Source: an uncultured delta proteobacterium (GTDB taxonomy: Bacteria; Myxococcota_A; Polyangia; Haliangiales; Haliangiaceae). From it: 64,000 bases of DNA. This document shows, piece after piece, positions 29,887 to 43,445 of the stretch. The stretch lies in assembly GCA_963764695.1 (NCBI GenBank), contig CAVXTW010000015.1, forward strand, positions 349,845 to 413,844, given 5' to 3'. The notes beneath the pieces are model-generated. The model saw only the letters and a list, made by a program, of their open reading frames with translations, was not told where the DNA came from and searched no databases. The stretch's first letter is position 1, and each line of letters opens with the position of its first letter. The translations under genes and the position numbers were made by a program.

Positions 29887-29973
29887 TCGTACTCGTACTC
29901 GTACGCGTGCGCGTGCACGTCACACGAGCACGCGTACGCGCACGAGGACGAGGACGAGGACGAGCCGTGGCGT
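29887..29973. repeat. second copy of the hexamer-built palindromic element (ACTCGT…/…GAGGAC repeats)
   Basis: gtcctcgtactcgtactcgtactcgtacgcgtgcgcgtgcacg-tcaca-cgagcacgcgtacgcgcacgaggacgaggacgaggacgag. Same hexamer vocabulary as the element at 18280-18442. Lies just after the CDS ending at 29831. Confidence 0.55.
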
Positions 29974-30035
29974 CTTGGAGGTTCTCTTCGCGCCTGCGCG
30001 GTTCAACAGCGCCGCGAGCGGGCCGACATCGCGGC

Positions 30036-30389
30036 GTGAAGTTGCTCGTCTGTCTCTTCCTCGCCGGCTGCGCGCATCACCCGCGCGCGGCGATCGACAT
30101 GCGCGGGGGGTCGTGCGAGGCGGTGCAGTTCCGGGCGGCCACATCTGGTGAGCTGCCGGCGGTGCCGCTGCATGAGCTGGTGATCGCGGTCAACGGGCGG
30201 ATCTGTCACCGCGAGGGCGTTCCCGGCGACGCTGTCGTGTACGGCGAAGTGGCGTCGCTGTGCCCGGGCGCGTCGCTGTTCGAACCGGGGTCGAATCTGG
30301 TCGAGATCGCGCTGGTGCCACCCGGCTGCGGTGCGCGCCGGCCCGTCGCCCGTCGGAGAGCGCGCTGCGAGGCACCCGAGCCGGACTGA
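30036..30389 (+). CDS. small lipoprotein (GTG start inferred)
   Basis: VKLLVCLFLAGCAHH lipobox. Short Cys-containing mature protein. Confidence 0.35.
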   Translation: MKLLVCLFLAGCAHHPRAAIDMRGGSCEAVQFRAATSGELPAVPLHELVIAVNGRICHREGVPGDAVVYGEVASLCPGASLFEPGSNLVEIALVPPGCGARRPVARRRARCEAPEPD

Positions 30390-30425
30390 GCGACACCGGC
30401 GGGCGGCTGGGGTATCGTCCCGGCC

Positions 30426-32813
<2,388 letters not shown>

Positions 32814-32835
32814 GCGAGAGCACCAGGAGTCAGTC

Positions 32836-34042
<1,207 letters not shown>

Positions 34043-34064
34043 CCTTCGCGCGGTCTCGCCCCGG

Positions 34065-34709
34065 TCAGCGGATCGGGGCGAAGCCGAGCTCGACGCCGTG
34101 TGCGGCCAGCCGGGCCACCAGCTCGGCGCGCTGCTGCGGCGTCGAGTCGTCGCAGCGCAGGCGGCTCCAGCTGACGAAGTCCATGGAGCTGACATGCGAG
34201 GCGCTGTCGCCATGCACGGCGAGCAGGCGCTCGACGAGAGCCTGCGCCACGCCCCGCTCGGAGTCGGCGTGGCCCAGGAAGGTATGCATGGCCTCGCCGT
34301 TGGCCAGAAGCCGCGCCTCACCGCGGGCCAGGTCGGCCAGGGCAAGCATCTCGTGCTCGTCGACCAGCTGCTCGAACACCGCCGCCCACGGCGACAGGAT
34401 CGGCCGATCCTGTCCCTCGCCGTTGACGCGGACCAGGCCGCGCTTCCAGATCTGCGACGGGTCGATGTCTGCGACGGTGAACAGGAGCTGACTTCTGGGC
34501 GCGGGCGGACGATCGACGCCATTCCGCCACGCCTCCGGCTCCCAGGGGACGACGCCGTCGGCACGTCTCGCCGCGCTCACGACCGGCCCGGGCCCGACGA
34601 ACGCGATCGTGTCGCCGTCGGCGATCGCGCCGTGGATGACGTCGACAAGAACGCGAGTCTTCGCGCCCGCCGGCTCGACGTCGTGCACAAGAGCCCTGAA
34701 GCGGAACAT
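34065..34709 (-). CDS. hypothetical protein (paralog A of a tandem pair)
   Basis: [13 protein letters not shown]… shares N-terminal MFRF(E/R)ALVHDVEP and internal LLANGE(A/T) blocks with the neighbouring gene. Confidence 0.5.
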   Translation of the reverse strand: MFRFRALVHDVEPAGAKTRVLVDVIHGAIADGDTIAFVGPGPVVSAARRADGVVPWEPEAWRNGVDRPPAPRSQLLFTVADIDPSQIWKRGLVRVNGEGQDRPILSPWAAVFEQLVDEHEMLALADLARGEARLLANGEAMHTFLGHADSERGVAQALVERLLAVHGDSASHVSSMDFVSWSRLRCDDSTPQQRAELVARLAAHGVELGFAPIR

Positions 34710-34812
34710 GGCCGTGAGATCTACGCCTGCAGCATCGGATCGGTTTCGCCGCGCTCGCGCCCTGTCGGGCGGGAGCTGAACGGGACCCTGGATCTACGCC
34801 CGCGGGCGGCGG

Positions 34813-35505
34813 TCAATTCCAGCGCTGCGCGTAGCTCAGCTCGATGCCGTGCTCGGCCAGGCGGGCGGCCAGGGCGGCCCGCTCCTGCAGCGTGGAGTCG
34901 CGGTGGCCGTAGCGGTCGCGCGTGCAGTACCAGAGGCGCAGATACGACCACTCGTCGATCTCATCGCCTTCCTCGCCGCCGAACAGCGCCCGCATTCGCT
35001 CGGCCAGCACCGAGGCCAGCGCGCGCTCGCCGTACCAGCAGCCCAGGAAGTAGTCGATGGTCTCGCCGTTGGCCAGCAGGCGGTCGTCAGGCCCCGGCCC
35101 AAAGGCCAGCAGGTCGGCCAGCGCGATACCCTCCTCGAGGGTGGACAGGAGGTCGAAGGTGGCCGCCCACGGGCACAGGATCGGCGACGGCTCGCCGGCG
35201 AGCACCTGGCTCTGCACGCGGCCGCGCCGCCACACCTGCGACGGCGGCACCTGGTTGACCACCAGCAGAAGACGACTCCCGTTAACCGGAGGCCGCCCGC
35301 GCTCGTCGTCCCACTCGTCGAGCTCGCCGACCGCCAGCTGGTCGACGGCACCCACAATCTCGCACCCGCCCGGGCCGACAAAGGTGACGGTTTCGCCCGG
35401 GCCGAGCGACCCACGGATGACGTCTACCTCGATTCGCGCGCCGCAGCACAGGCCGCCCTGCGCGACCGGCTCGACGTCGTGCACAAGCGCTTCGAACCGG
35501 AACAT
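34813..35505 (-). CDS. hypothetical protein (paralog B of a tandem pair)
   Basis: [13 protein letters not shown]…. Start ATG at 35503-35505 lies 4 nt from the tRNA-Lys 3' end. Confidence 0.5.
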   Translation of the reverse strand: MFRFEALVHDVEPVAQGGLCCGARIEVDVIRGSLGPGETVTFVGPGGCEIVGAVDQLAVGELDEWDDERGRPPVNGSRLLLVVNQVPPSQVWRRGRVQSQVLAGEPSPILCPWAATFDLLSTLEEGIALADLLAFGPGPDDRLLANGETIDYFLGCWYGERALASVLAERMRALFGGEEGDEIDEWSYLRLWYCTRDRYGHRDSTLQERAALAARLAEHGIELSYAQRWN

Positions 35506-35508
35506 CGG

Positions 35509-35581
35509 TGAGGGCAGAAGGACTCGAACCTTCAACCAACGGATTAAGAGTCCGTTGCTCTACCAATTGAGCTATGCCCCC
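35509..35581 (-). tRNA. tRNA-Lys (anticodon CTT)
   Basis: Minus strand GGGGGCA-TA-GCTCAATTGGTAGAGC-A-ACGGA-CTCTTAA-TCCGT-TGGTT-GAAGG-TTCGAGT-CCTTC-TGCCCTC-A. Good cloverleaf. Confidence 0.85.
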
Positions 35582-35634
35582 AAGAGCCTCGGATGGCTCG
35601 GGTACGTCTTCGGTTGTCAGTGTTTCGCGGTGCA

Positions 35635-35709
<75 letters not shown>

Positions 35710-35933
35710 CAGTGGCCGCGAGGCCGGGCGGGTTAGATAGCCGTGGGGGCGCTCCGGTGTCAAGTGAAGTCGGCGACGTGCGTGCACGCTTGCCACTCGG
35801 GGACGTTTGTGTAAGCCGAATTAACGTGTGGTTGCCTGTTCTCCAATTCTCGGGCCGCAGCTGAAGCTTGTATCATCGTGCGCCCCCACGAGCTCAAGGG
35901 GTTGCGCCTACCTGCCAACGGGTGGAGGACAAC

Positions 35934-38423
35934 ATGTCGAAGCTCCGGCGCGCCGTCCGCGGCGATCGTGATCGACTTCTCCTTGCCGGCCTCGTGCTGG
36001 CCATCGCAGGCTGCGGAGGCGATGGCTGTGCTGGCTGCGATCTGGCTCCTCTGCCGGCCGGCGGGTTGCCCGCCGACCAGACGATCGAGGGCGGCGCCCA
36101 GGTGCGCGTGGCGCCGAGCGGCTTCGGCAAGGTCGAGGAGATCGTCGGCGGCATCATCGACGACGCGCTCGGCGGCGGCGTCTGCATCCCGGAAGGCGAG
36201 GAAGACCTCGGCTTCATCGGCAACCTCACCTTCTGCTTCGAGAACCAGGGCGACTGCACCCCGGGATGCGACGCCGACATCGCGGTCGACTCGGTCGAGC
36301 TCACCCCGGAGCCGGGCCAGCTGCGCATCAGGGCGCAGTTCGACGTCCAGACCGACCTGCGCGTGCACCTCGCCATCAACGTCTTCCCCGACGTCAACTG
36401 CACGCTCGGCGTCACCGCCAACAACACCGTCGTCAACGCGCTGGTCGGCGTCGGCACCGATCCGACAAGCGGCGAGCTGACCGTCAGCCTGATCGACATC
36501 CCCGGCTTCGAGGTCGACCCGGACTTCAGCGGGTGCGGCATCGCCGGCGCGGTGATCAACTTCCTGGGCGGCCTGTTCGGCGACGTCATCTCGGACTTCG
36601 TGCTCGGCGCGCTCGAGCCACAGCTGCAGACCCTCATCGCCGAGCTGCTGCCGGATCCGCTCGGCATCGAGAACACGCTCGACCTGGGCGGCTTCCTGAC
36701 CACGCTGTCGCCCGGCACGACCGGCGCGCTCGAGGCGCGCGTGGTGCCCGGCGGCTACGCCTTCGTCGAGGGCGGCGGCCTGAGCGTCGGCATCCTCTCC
36801 GGCATCAACACCGACCGCGATCCGACCACGCGAACGCCCGAGCTCGACAGCGAGCCGGCGCTGTGCGTGCCGCCGATGCTGGCGCCCGACCTGGCCGCGC
36901 TGGGGCTGCCGCAGTCGCCGCGCGGCAACTTCGTGTTGCCGGCGGCCGGCGCCTTCCGCGGCCAGCCGGAGGACCCGAACAGCGACGTGGCGATCGGCGT
37001 GTCGCAGACCTTCCTCGACATGGCCGGCCACCACGTCGTCACGTCGGGGGCGCTGTGCCTCGGGATCGGCACGCAGACAATTCCGCAGCTCAACCTCGGC
37101 ATCATCGGCGTCGTGGTCCCGTCGCTGGGCCTGCTCGGCGAGGCCAGCGACCCGATGCTGCTGGTGACGCGTCCGAGCGGCGCGATCGACTTCACCGTCG
37201 GCGATGGCACCGAGGAGTCGCCGTCGCTCACCCTCCACCTGCAGGGCTTCCAGATCGACTTCTACGCGTTCCTGTTCCAGCGCTACGTGCGCGGCTTCAC
37301 CGTCGGTCTCGACCTGAACGTGGGCGTCAACCTCGAGTTCGCCACCGACGAGGAGGGCAACCCGCAGCTGGTGCCGGTCCTGGTCGGCCTCAACGCCGCG
37401 AACATCGGGGTGGACGTCCACAACGAGGAATTCCTGCAGGAGGGCAGCGCCGACCTGGAGGGCCTGCTGCCGTCGCTGCTCGAGCTGGCGCTGCCATTCC
37501 TGACCGGCGCGCTGCCGGAGATCGACGTGCCGGAGATCCTCGGCTTCCGCCTCGAGGGGCTGCGGCTGAGCAAGGTGACCACCGCCGACGATGACTTCCT
37601 GGCCATCTTCGCCACCCTGGGCGCGTCGCAGACGCTGGCCCGCCTGTCGCAGCAGTTCCCGGGCGTGGCCAGGGTGCACCAGCGGATGATGGCGGCGGCC
37701 CCGGCCGTCCCGGCACGCGCGGTGGCGCGCGGCAAGGCGCGCCTGGTGCGCGTGACGACGCCGAAGCCGGAGGCGATCCGCGCCCACCTGCGCGGCGAGG
37801 GCGGCGCCATGCCGCAGGTCGTGATCGACGTGCCCGCCCGCGACGAGCAGGGCCGCGATCTGGAGTGGACCTGGAACCTGGGCGGCGGCCTGTGGCGTCC
37901 GTTCCGCACCGGCGCGCAGCTGGTGATCGAGGAGCGCGCCTTCGCCATGCAGGGTCGTTATGCGATCCAGCTGCGCTCGCGCGTGGCCGGCGACTACCGC
38001 ACGCTGTCGCTCGAGCCCGAGGTGGTGCCGGTGGTGATCGACTCGGTGCCCCCGCGCATCCTGGTCGCCAGGGCCGCGGCGAAGGACGGCGCGATCACGG
38101 TGCCTGCGGAAGATCTCGTGACGCCGGCCGACAAGATCCAGCTGGCCTTCGGCGCGGCCGATGACGACGCGCCGGTGACGGCGTGGGGCGCGGGCAGCGT
38201 GACGGCGGAGCAGGCCGGCCAGCTGGCCGATGGCTCCGGGTCGCTTCGGGTCTGGGCGCGCGACGAGGTGGGCAACCAGTCGACCGCGCTCTTCGACGCG
38301 AGCGGGATGGTGAAGCTCGACGCGGCGGACGGGTGCGCCTGCCAGGCCAGCGGTGGACGCTCGGCGAGCGGGCTGGCGCTTCTGGTCCTGGCCGCGCTGC
38401 TCGGGCTCGGCCGCCGGCGCAAG
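35934..38423 (+). CDS. large surface lipoprotein ending in a MYXO-CTERM-like sorting motif (module 1 of a 1,814-codon uninterrupted ORF)
   Basis: RBS ggagga before ATG 35934. Lipobox LAGLVLAIAGCGG. C-terminal …DAADGCACQASGGRSASGLALLVLAALLGLGRRRK (GC motif, TM helix, Arg cluster). No stop codon follows. Confidence 0.5.
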
Positions 38424-39950
38424 ATGTGGCAGAAGATCGGCCGCGCCGGGCGGGCGATCGCGTTCGTGCTCGCGGCCGGCGCGCTGGCCGCGCAGCCGGC
38501 CTGCAGCTGCGGCAACAACAACGACGACGACGACAGCGGCGCCACCGACGCCGACGACGGCGACGACGACGCCACCGGGCCGATGTGCGAGACAAACGAC
38601 GACTGCAGCGACGAGTGCCCCGGCGAGGTACCTATCTGCGACGGCGAGCAGCAGTGCCAGTGCGACAGCGACGTGCAGTGGGGCCGCATCGGCCAGTTCT
38701 CGGAGATGGACGTCGCGCCTGACGGCACCGTCTGGGTGTCGGCCTACAACGCGTATCATGGCGACCTCATGATCGCGTCGCGCGACGAGGACGGCCGCAT
38801 CCCGGACGAGGCGTGGCAGTTCGTCGACGGCGTGCCCGACGGCCCGGTCCTGGTGCCGGGCAGCGACGTGCGCGGCGGCATCAACGAGCCGGGCCCGGAC
38901 GTCGGCCTGTACACCGACATCGCCGCCACCGACGGCGCCGTGGTGGTGACCCACTTCGATCAGGACACCGCCTCGCTGCGCTTCACCAGCAACCGCAGCG
39001 GCGGCTGGGTCACGCACGTCATCGACGAGGGCGTGCCGGCCCCGGAGAAGCCGGAGGGCGCCACCTTCGAGATCGCCGGCCAGTACTCGGCCGTGAGCTT
39101 CGATGCGGAGAGCCGCCCCGGCGTCGCGTACTTCGCCCACGTCCAGGACGGCGAGGGGGCGCGCAGCGAGCTGCGCTTCGCCCAGGCAGCCTCCAGTGAC
39201 CCGACCCAGGCCGGCGACTGGACCGTCAGCGTCATCGACAGCGCGCCGGTCCCGGCCCCGGGCAACGACCCGCTGCCGATCCCGATCGGCGTGGGCCTGT
39301 TCGTCAACGCGGCCCGGCTGGCCGACGGCAGCCCGGTGGTCGTCTACTACGACCGGGTCAACGGCGACCTGAAGTCGGCCCGCTACAACGCCGGTGCCGG
39401 CGCGTTCGATCCTCCCCAGATCCTCGACGGCGCGTCGGTCGACGTCGGCTGGTATCCCGGCGTGACCGTGGACGCCTCCGACGTGCTGCACGTGAGCTAC
39501 GTGAGCGCGGCCAACCACGATCTCCTCTACATGAACACCGCGACCGGCACGGTGGAGCTCATCGACGACGGCTATCGCGAGGTCGGCCAGACCGAGGACG
39601 GCCTGCCCATCCCGGACTTCCACTTCGTGGGCGACGACAGCTCCGTGGTGCTGGACGCGGCCGGGCTGCCGGTGGTCGCCTACCAGGACGCCACCACGCA
39701 CGAATTGCTGGTTGCGCGGCGCGACGCGGCCGGCGTCTGGACGCGCGAGACCTGGGCCGGCGACGAGACCGAGTTTGCAGGCGGCTACGGCTTCTACATC
39801 TCGGCCGACACCGCCGGCGAGGAGATCATCCTGTCCACCTGGGTCATCGACCTGCCGACCGAGGAGTACTGGATCGAGATCCTGCGCGACCCGGGAGAGC
39901 CTCCGGTCGAACTGAGGGCCCGGCTCCGGCCTCTGATAGGATCGAGGCCG
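38424..39950 (+). CDS. module 2 of the same ORF: lipoprotein-signal-bearing, acidic-linker, beta-propeller-like repeat protein
   Basis: In-frame ATG 38424 then MWQKIGRAGRAIAFVLAAGALAAQPACSCG lipobox-like signal, D-rich linker, Cys-rich knot (CETNDDCSDECPGEVPICDGEQQCQCD). Repeated …VVVTHFD…/…VVVYYD…/…LHVSYVS…/…VVAYQD… strands. Confidence 0.4.
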
Positions 39951-41312
39951 GTGCTTTTCTATCGCATCTTTCAGTGGCTGCTGCGGCTGGCCACGCGCGT
40001 GTTCTTTCGCCGCATCGAGATCGTCGGCCTGGGCAACCTGCCGGTCGAGGGTGCGGTCATCTTCTGCGGCAATCACCCCAACTCGCTGCTCGACCCGATC
40101 CTCATCACCGCCCACTGCGGCCGCATCGTGCACTTCGCGGCCAAGGACACGCTGTTCGAGAGCCGGCTCATGGGTGCGCTCCTGCGCCGCATGGGCGCGG
40201 TGCCGATCAAGCGGCGCATGGATCATCCGGGCCAGGAGGCGACGTCGAACGAGGACGCCTTCGCGGCGCTGCACCAGGTCCTGCTCGACGGGCGCGCGGT
40301 CGGCATCTTCCCGGAGGGGCTGAGCCACCTCGACTCGCAGCTGGCCCCGCTCAAGACCGGCGCGGCGCGCATCGCCCTGGCGGTCAAGCGCAAGGCGCCG
40401 GACAAGAAGGTCGCCCTCATCCCGACCGGCCTGGTCTACTTCACGCGCCACCGCTTCCGGTCGAGCGTGCTCATCCAGTTCGGCGCGCCGGTCGTCGTCG
40501 AGCTGCCGGCCACGGGTGAGGCGGCCGAGCGCGACGCGGCGCGGGCGCTGACCGGGCAGATCGAGGCGCGGCTGCGCGCGCTCACGGTCAACGCCGACTC
40601 GTGGGACACGATCTGGGTGCTCGACGGCGTGCGCCGGCTCTACCAGCCGCCCGACATGACGCTCGAGGATCGCGTCGAGCTGGCCCGCCGCTTCAACGTC
40701 GCCTATCCACAAGTCTCGCATCACCCGGAGGTGCGCGACCTCTACGGCCGCGTGCGCTCGTACCTGACCCGCATGTCCGCCGCCGGGCTGCGCGACGATA
40801 TCCTGCGCCGCGAGCTCGGGGTGGGCGACACGCTCTCGCGCGTCGTCGGCCACCTCGGGCTGCTGCTGTTCTGGACCCCGCTGGCGCTGGTCGGCGCGCC
40901 GCTCCACCTGCCGCTCGGGCTGCTGTTCCGCTACGTGGGCCGGTGGACCGCGCCGCGCAAGGACACGGTCGCCAGCACCAAGTTCCTGATCGGCTTTCTC
41001 ACCCTGCTGGCGGTGTATGCGGCGCTGGCCGTCCTGGCCGGCTGGAAGCTGGGCATCTGGGCCGGTGCGCTCACCGCGCTGGCGCTGCCGCTCTCCGGCT
41101 GGGCCTTCGTGCACGTGATCGGGCGCGTCAACGCCATGCGCCACCTGGTGCTGACCTTGCTGCGCGTGATGAGCCTGCGCCGTGAGGTGGCGGCGCTGCG
41201 CGCCGAGCGCGCCCGGCTGGTCGAGGACATCGTCGCCGCTGTCGATCGATTCCGCCCGGACGGCATGGAGCCGATGTTCGGCCCGCGACGCGGCGCGCCG
41301 GGAGAGACATGA
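39951..41312 (+). CDS. module 3 of the same ORF: lysophospholipid/1-acyl-glycerol-3-phosphate acyltransferase (PlsC/LPLAT family) with C-terminal TM segments
   Basis: In-frame GTG 39951 then VLFYRIFQWLLRLATRVFFRRIEIVGLGNLP. Acyltransferase motifs CGNHPNSLLDP (HxnD), FPEGLSH (FPEG). Hydrophobic C-terminus. Confidence 0.6.
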   Translation: MLFYRIFQWLLRLATRVFFRRIEIVGLGNLPVEGAVIFCGNHPNSLLDPILITAHCGRIVHFAAKDTLFESRLMGALLRRMGAVPIKRRMDHPGQEATSNEDAFAALHQVLLDGRAVGIFPEGLSHLDSQLAPLKTGAARIALAVKRKAPDKKVALIPTGLVYFTRHRFRSSVLIQFGAPVVVELPATGEAAERDAARALTGQIEARLRALTVNADSWDTIWVLDGVRRLYQPPDMTLEDRVELARRFNVAYPQVSHHPEVRDLYGRVRSYLTRMSAAGLRDDILRRELGVGDTLSRVVGHLGLLLFWTPLALVGAPLHLPLGLLFRYVGRWTAPRKDTVASTKFLIGFLTLLAVYAALAVLAGWKLGIWAGALTALALPLSGWAFVHVIGRVNAMRHLVLTLLRVMSLRREVAALRAERARLVEDIVAAVDRFRPDGMEPMFGPRRGAPGET

Positions 41313-41980
41313 GCGGCGCCGACGAGCGCCCGGCGGTCGTGTTCCTCCACGGCCATGGGCGTACCCACCGCTCGATGAATCCGTTGCGCCGCCACGTCGA
41401 GTCGCTGGGCTACACCACGTGGGCGCGCACCTACCCGTCGCGCCGCGCACCGATCGCCGCCATCGCCGACGAGGTGGCCGGCTGGATCCGCAGCGACCTG
41501 GGCGAGCGACCGCTGGTCGGCGTGACTCACTCGATGGGCGGCATCCTGGTCCGCTACATGCGCGACCGCCTGCCCTGGCGCGGGGTGGTGATGCTTGCCC
41601 CGCCCAACCAGGGCAGCGTGGTGGCCGCCCACCTGGGCCAGAGCCCGCTGTTTCGCTGGATGTACGGCCCGGCCGGGTGCGAGCTGGGCGACGCTGCGGA
41701 CTGGCCGCATCCGCCCGAGCCGTTCGCGGTGGTGGCCGGCACGCGCGGCCCGAGCTGGGGCAACCTGCCCAGCTTGCTCATCCGCGGCATGCGCCTGATC
41801 CCGGCCGGCGAACCCCACGACGGGACGGTCCGGGTGGCCGAGACGCGGCTCGACGGCATGGTCAGCTTCGCCGAGGTCGACGCCAGCCACACGTTTCTCA
41901 TGAACCACCCGGCCACCCGCGAGCTGGTCGGTCGATTCTTGAAGACAGGCCGGTTCACCGACGGCGGCGCGGCCAGGTAG
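41309..41980 (+). CDS. alpha/beta-hydrolase (lipase/esterase-like), start overlaps the acyltransferase stop
   Basis: Motifs VVFLHGHGRT and VGVTHSMGGIL (GxSxG). ATGA overlap at 41309-41312. Confidence 0.7.
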   Translation: MSGADERPAVVFLHGHGRTHRSMNPLRRHVESLGYTTWARTYPSRRAPIAAIADEVAGWIRSDLGERPLVGVTHSMGGILVRYMRDRLPWRGVVMLAPPNQGSVVAAHLGQSPLFRWMYGPAGCELGDAADWPHPPEPFAVVAGTRGPSWGNLPSLLIRGMRLIPAGEPHDGTVRVAETRLDGMVSFAEVDASHTFLMNHPATRELVGRFLKTGRFTDGGAAR

Positions 41981-41998
41981 CGACAACGGCGCCGTCGC

Positions 41999-42817
41999 GT
42001 GAATTCTGTCGAGTACAATGCGGCCATGTCGACCGGCCGCGGCATCAGCGAGCTCGCCTTCGCGCTGCCGCCGTCGCTCGGGGTCGATCCGGTCAAGGAG
42101 CTGGCCCGCCGCTTCGCCGACGTGCTCTACGGCGCCGGCTTCTCGACGGTGGTGCCGATGAAGTCGTACGAGCAGCTCGAGCAGGCGCTGCAGGAGGGCG
42201 AGGTCGACGCGGCGTGGGGCCCGCCAATCGTGTGCGCGCGCGTCGAGTCGATCGGCGGCCAGGTCGCGCTTCGCGCGGTGCGCTACGGCGCGGTCACCTA
42301 TCGCTCGGTCCTTGTCTGCCGCACCAGCGACTCGCTCGACCTGCGCCAGCTCGGCCCCGAGGGCGGGCGCCTGGCCCGCGCGGCCTGGGTCAACCCGCAC
42401 TCGATGGCCGGCTACGTCCTGCCCCGACATTACCTGCGCGCGCGCGGCATCGACGCCCGGCGCGCCTTCTCCGACGAGTGGCTGCTCGGCTCGTACGAGG
42501 CATGCTTCGAGGCGGTGCTGCGCGGCGAGGCGGACATCACCGCGTCGTTCGCCAACCGGCGCGGCCTGGGCTACCAGGAGCTGTGCCGCGAGCGCGCCTT
42601 CGACCTGCGCACGCTGGGCTACACCGACGAGTGCCCCAATGACGGCGTCGTGCTGAGCCCGCGGCTCGACCCGGAGCAGGCCAGCGCGCTCCTGGCCGGC
42701 CTGCACAAGCTCATCGCGCACCCGTCGTCTCTGTCGGTCCTTACCTCGACCTTCGATGTCGATGGCTTCGACCGGCCGCCCGCGTCGAGCTACAGCCCGC
42801 TGCTTTCGCTGCTTTAG
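41999..42817 (+). CDS. PhnD/SsuA-like (phosphonate-binding-fold) periplasmic-binding-protein-like protein without signal peptide
   Basis: Family-like blocks LAFALPPSLGVDPVKELARRFADVL…VDAAWGPP…VLVCRTSDSLDLRQLGPEGGRLA. Alternative start at 42026. Confidence 0.5.
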   Translation: MNSVEYNAAMSTGRGISELAFALPPSLGVDPVKELARRFADVLYGAGFSTVVPMKSYEQLEQALQEGEVDAAWGPPIVCARVESIGGQVALRAVRYGAVTYRSVLVCRTSDSLDLRQLGPEGGRLARAAWVNPHSMAGYVLPRHYLRARGIDARRAFSDEWLLGSYEACFEAVLRGEADITASFANRRGLGYQELCRERAFDLRTLGYTDECPNDGVVLSPRLDPEQASALLAGLHKLIAHPSSLSVLTSTFDVDGFDRPPASSYSPLLSLL

Positions 42818-42863
42818 CGGTTTTCGGTCACGAATTCGCGGCCGGCGCGTACTTGCACCCCAG

Positions 42864-43445
42864 ATGCTGGCGCAAGTGACCGCGGCCTGTGCGGCCGATC
42901 CGGACCCGATCGTCGCGCTCATCGAGGAGGGCAAGCACCGCGAGGCGGTCGCCCTGTGCGCCAGACAGCACGGCCCGGCGATCGGCCGGCTGTGCATGGC
43001 GCTGCTCGGCTCCCAGGCCGACGCCGAGGAGGCGGCCCAGGAGACGCTGCTTGCCGCGTGCGGCCAGATGGGCGCTTTTCGCGGCGACGGGACCGTGCGG
43101 GCCTGGCTGTTCGGCATCGCCCGGCGCCAGTGCGCGCGCCGCTTCGAGCAGGGGCTGCGCGACCGGCGCCGGCTGGAGCTTGTGCCGGGTATGGGGGTCG
43201 GCCCGGATGAGGCCTCGCCGGCCGCGACGGTGGCGACGATGCGGCGGGCGCGGGCGGTGCGGGCGGCTCTGGCGGTGCTGCGGCCGAGCGAGCGCGAGGC
43301 GCTGCTGCTGCACTACCAGGCCGGGTTGAGCTTTCGCGAGATCGCCGAGCTGAGCGGCATCGAGGAGGCGGCCGCGCGCAAGCGGGCGAGCCGCGGCCTG
43401 GCCCAGCTGCGCCGATCCATCACCTCCGACAGCGTGGAAGGATGA
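42864..43445 (+). CDS. ECF sigma factor
   Basis: Region 2 EEAAQETLLAACGQMGAFRGDGTVRAWLFGIARR. Region 4 LSFREIAELSGIEEAAARKRASRGLAQLR. Stop overlaps next start (ATGA). Confidence 0.75.
   Translation: MLAQVTAACAADPDPIVALIEEGKHREAVALCARQHGPAIGRLCMALLGSQADAEEAAQETLLAACGQMGAFRGDGTVRAWLFGIARRQCARRFEQGLRDRRRLELVPGMGVGPDEASPAATVATMRRARAVRAALAVLRPSEREALLLHYQAGLSFREIAELSGIEEAAARKRASRGLAQLRRSITSDSVEG

Noticed and set aside
35760-41450. 1,896-aa ORF on the minus strand
   Set aside because: Antisense shadow of the well-supported plus-strand ORF. Arg/Ala/Gly-rich low-complexity translation typical of GC-rich antisense frames. No motifs.
40931-43117. 728-aa minus-strand ORF
   Set aside because: Overlaps four motif-bearing plus-strand genes. 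Shadow ORF.
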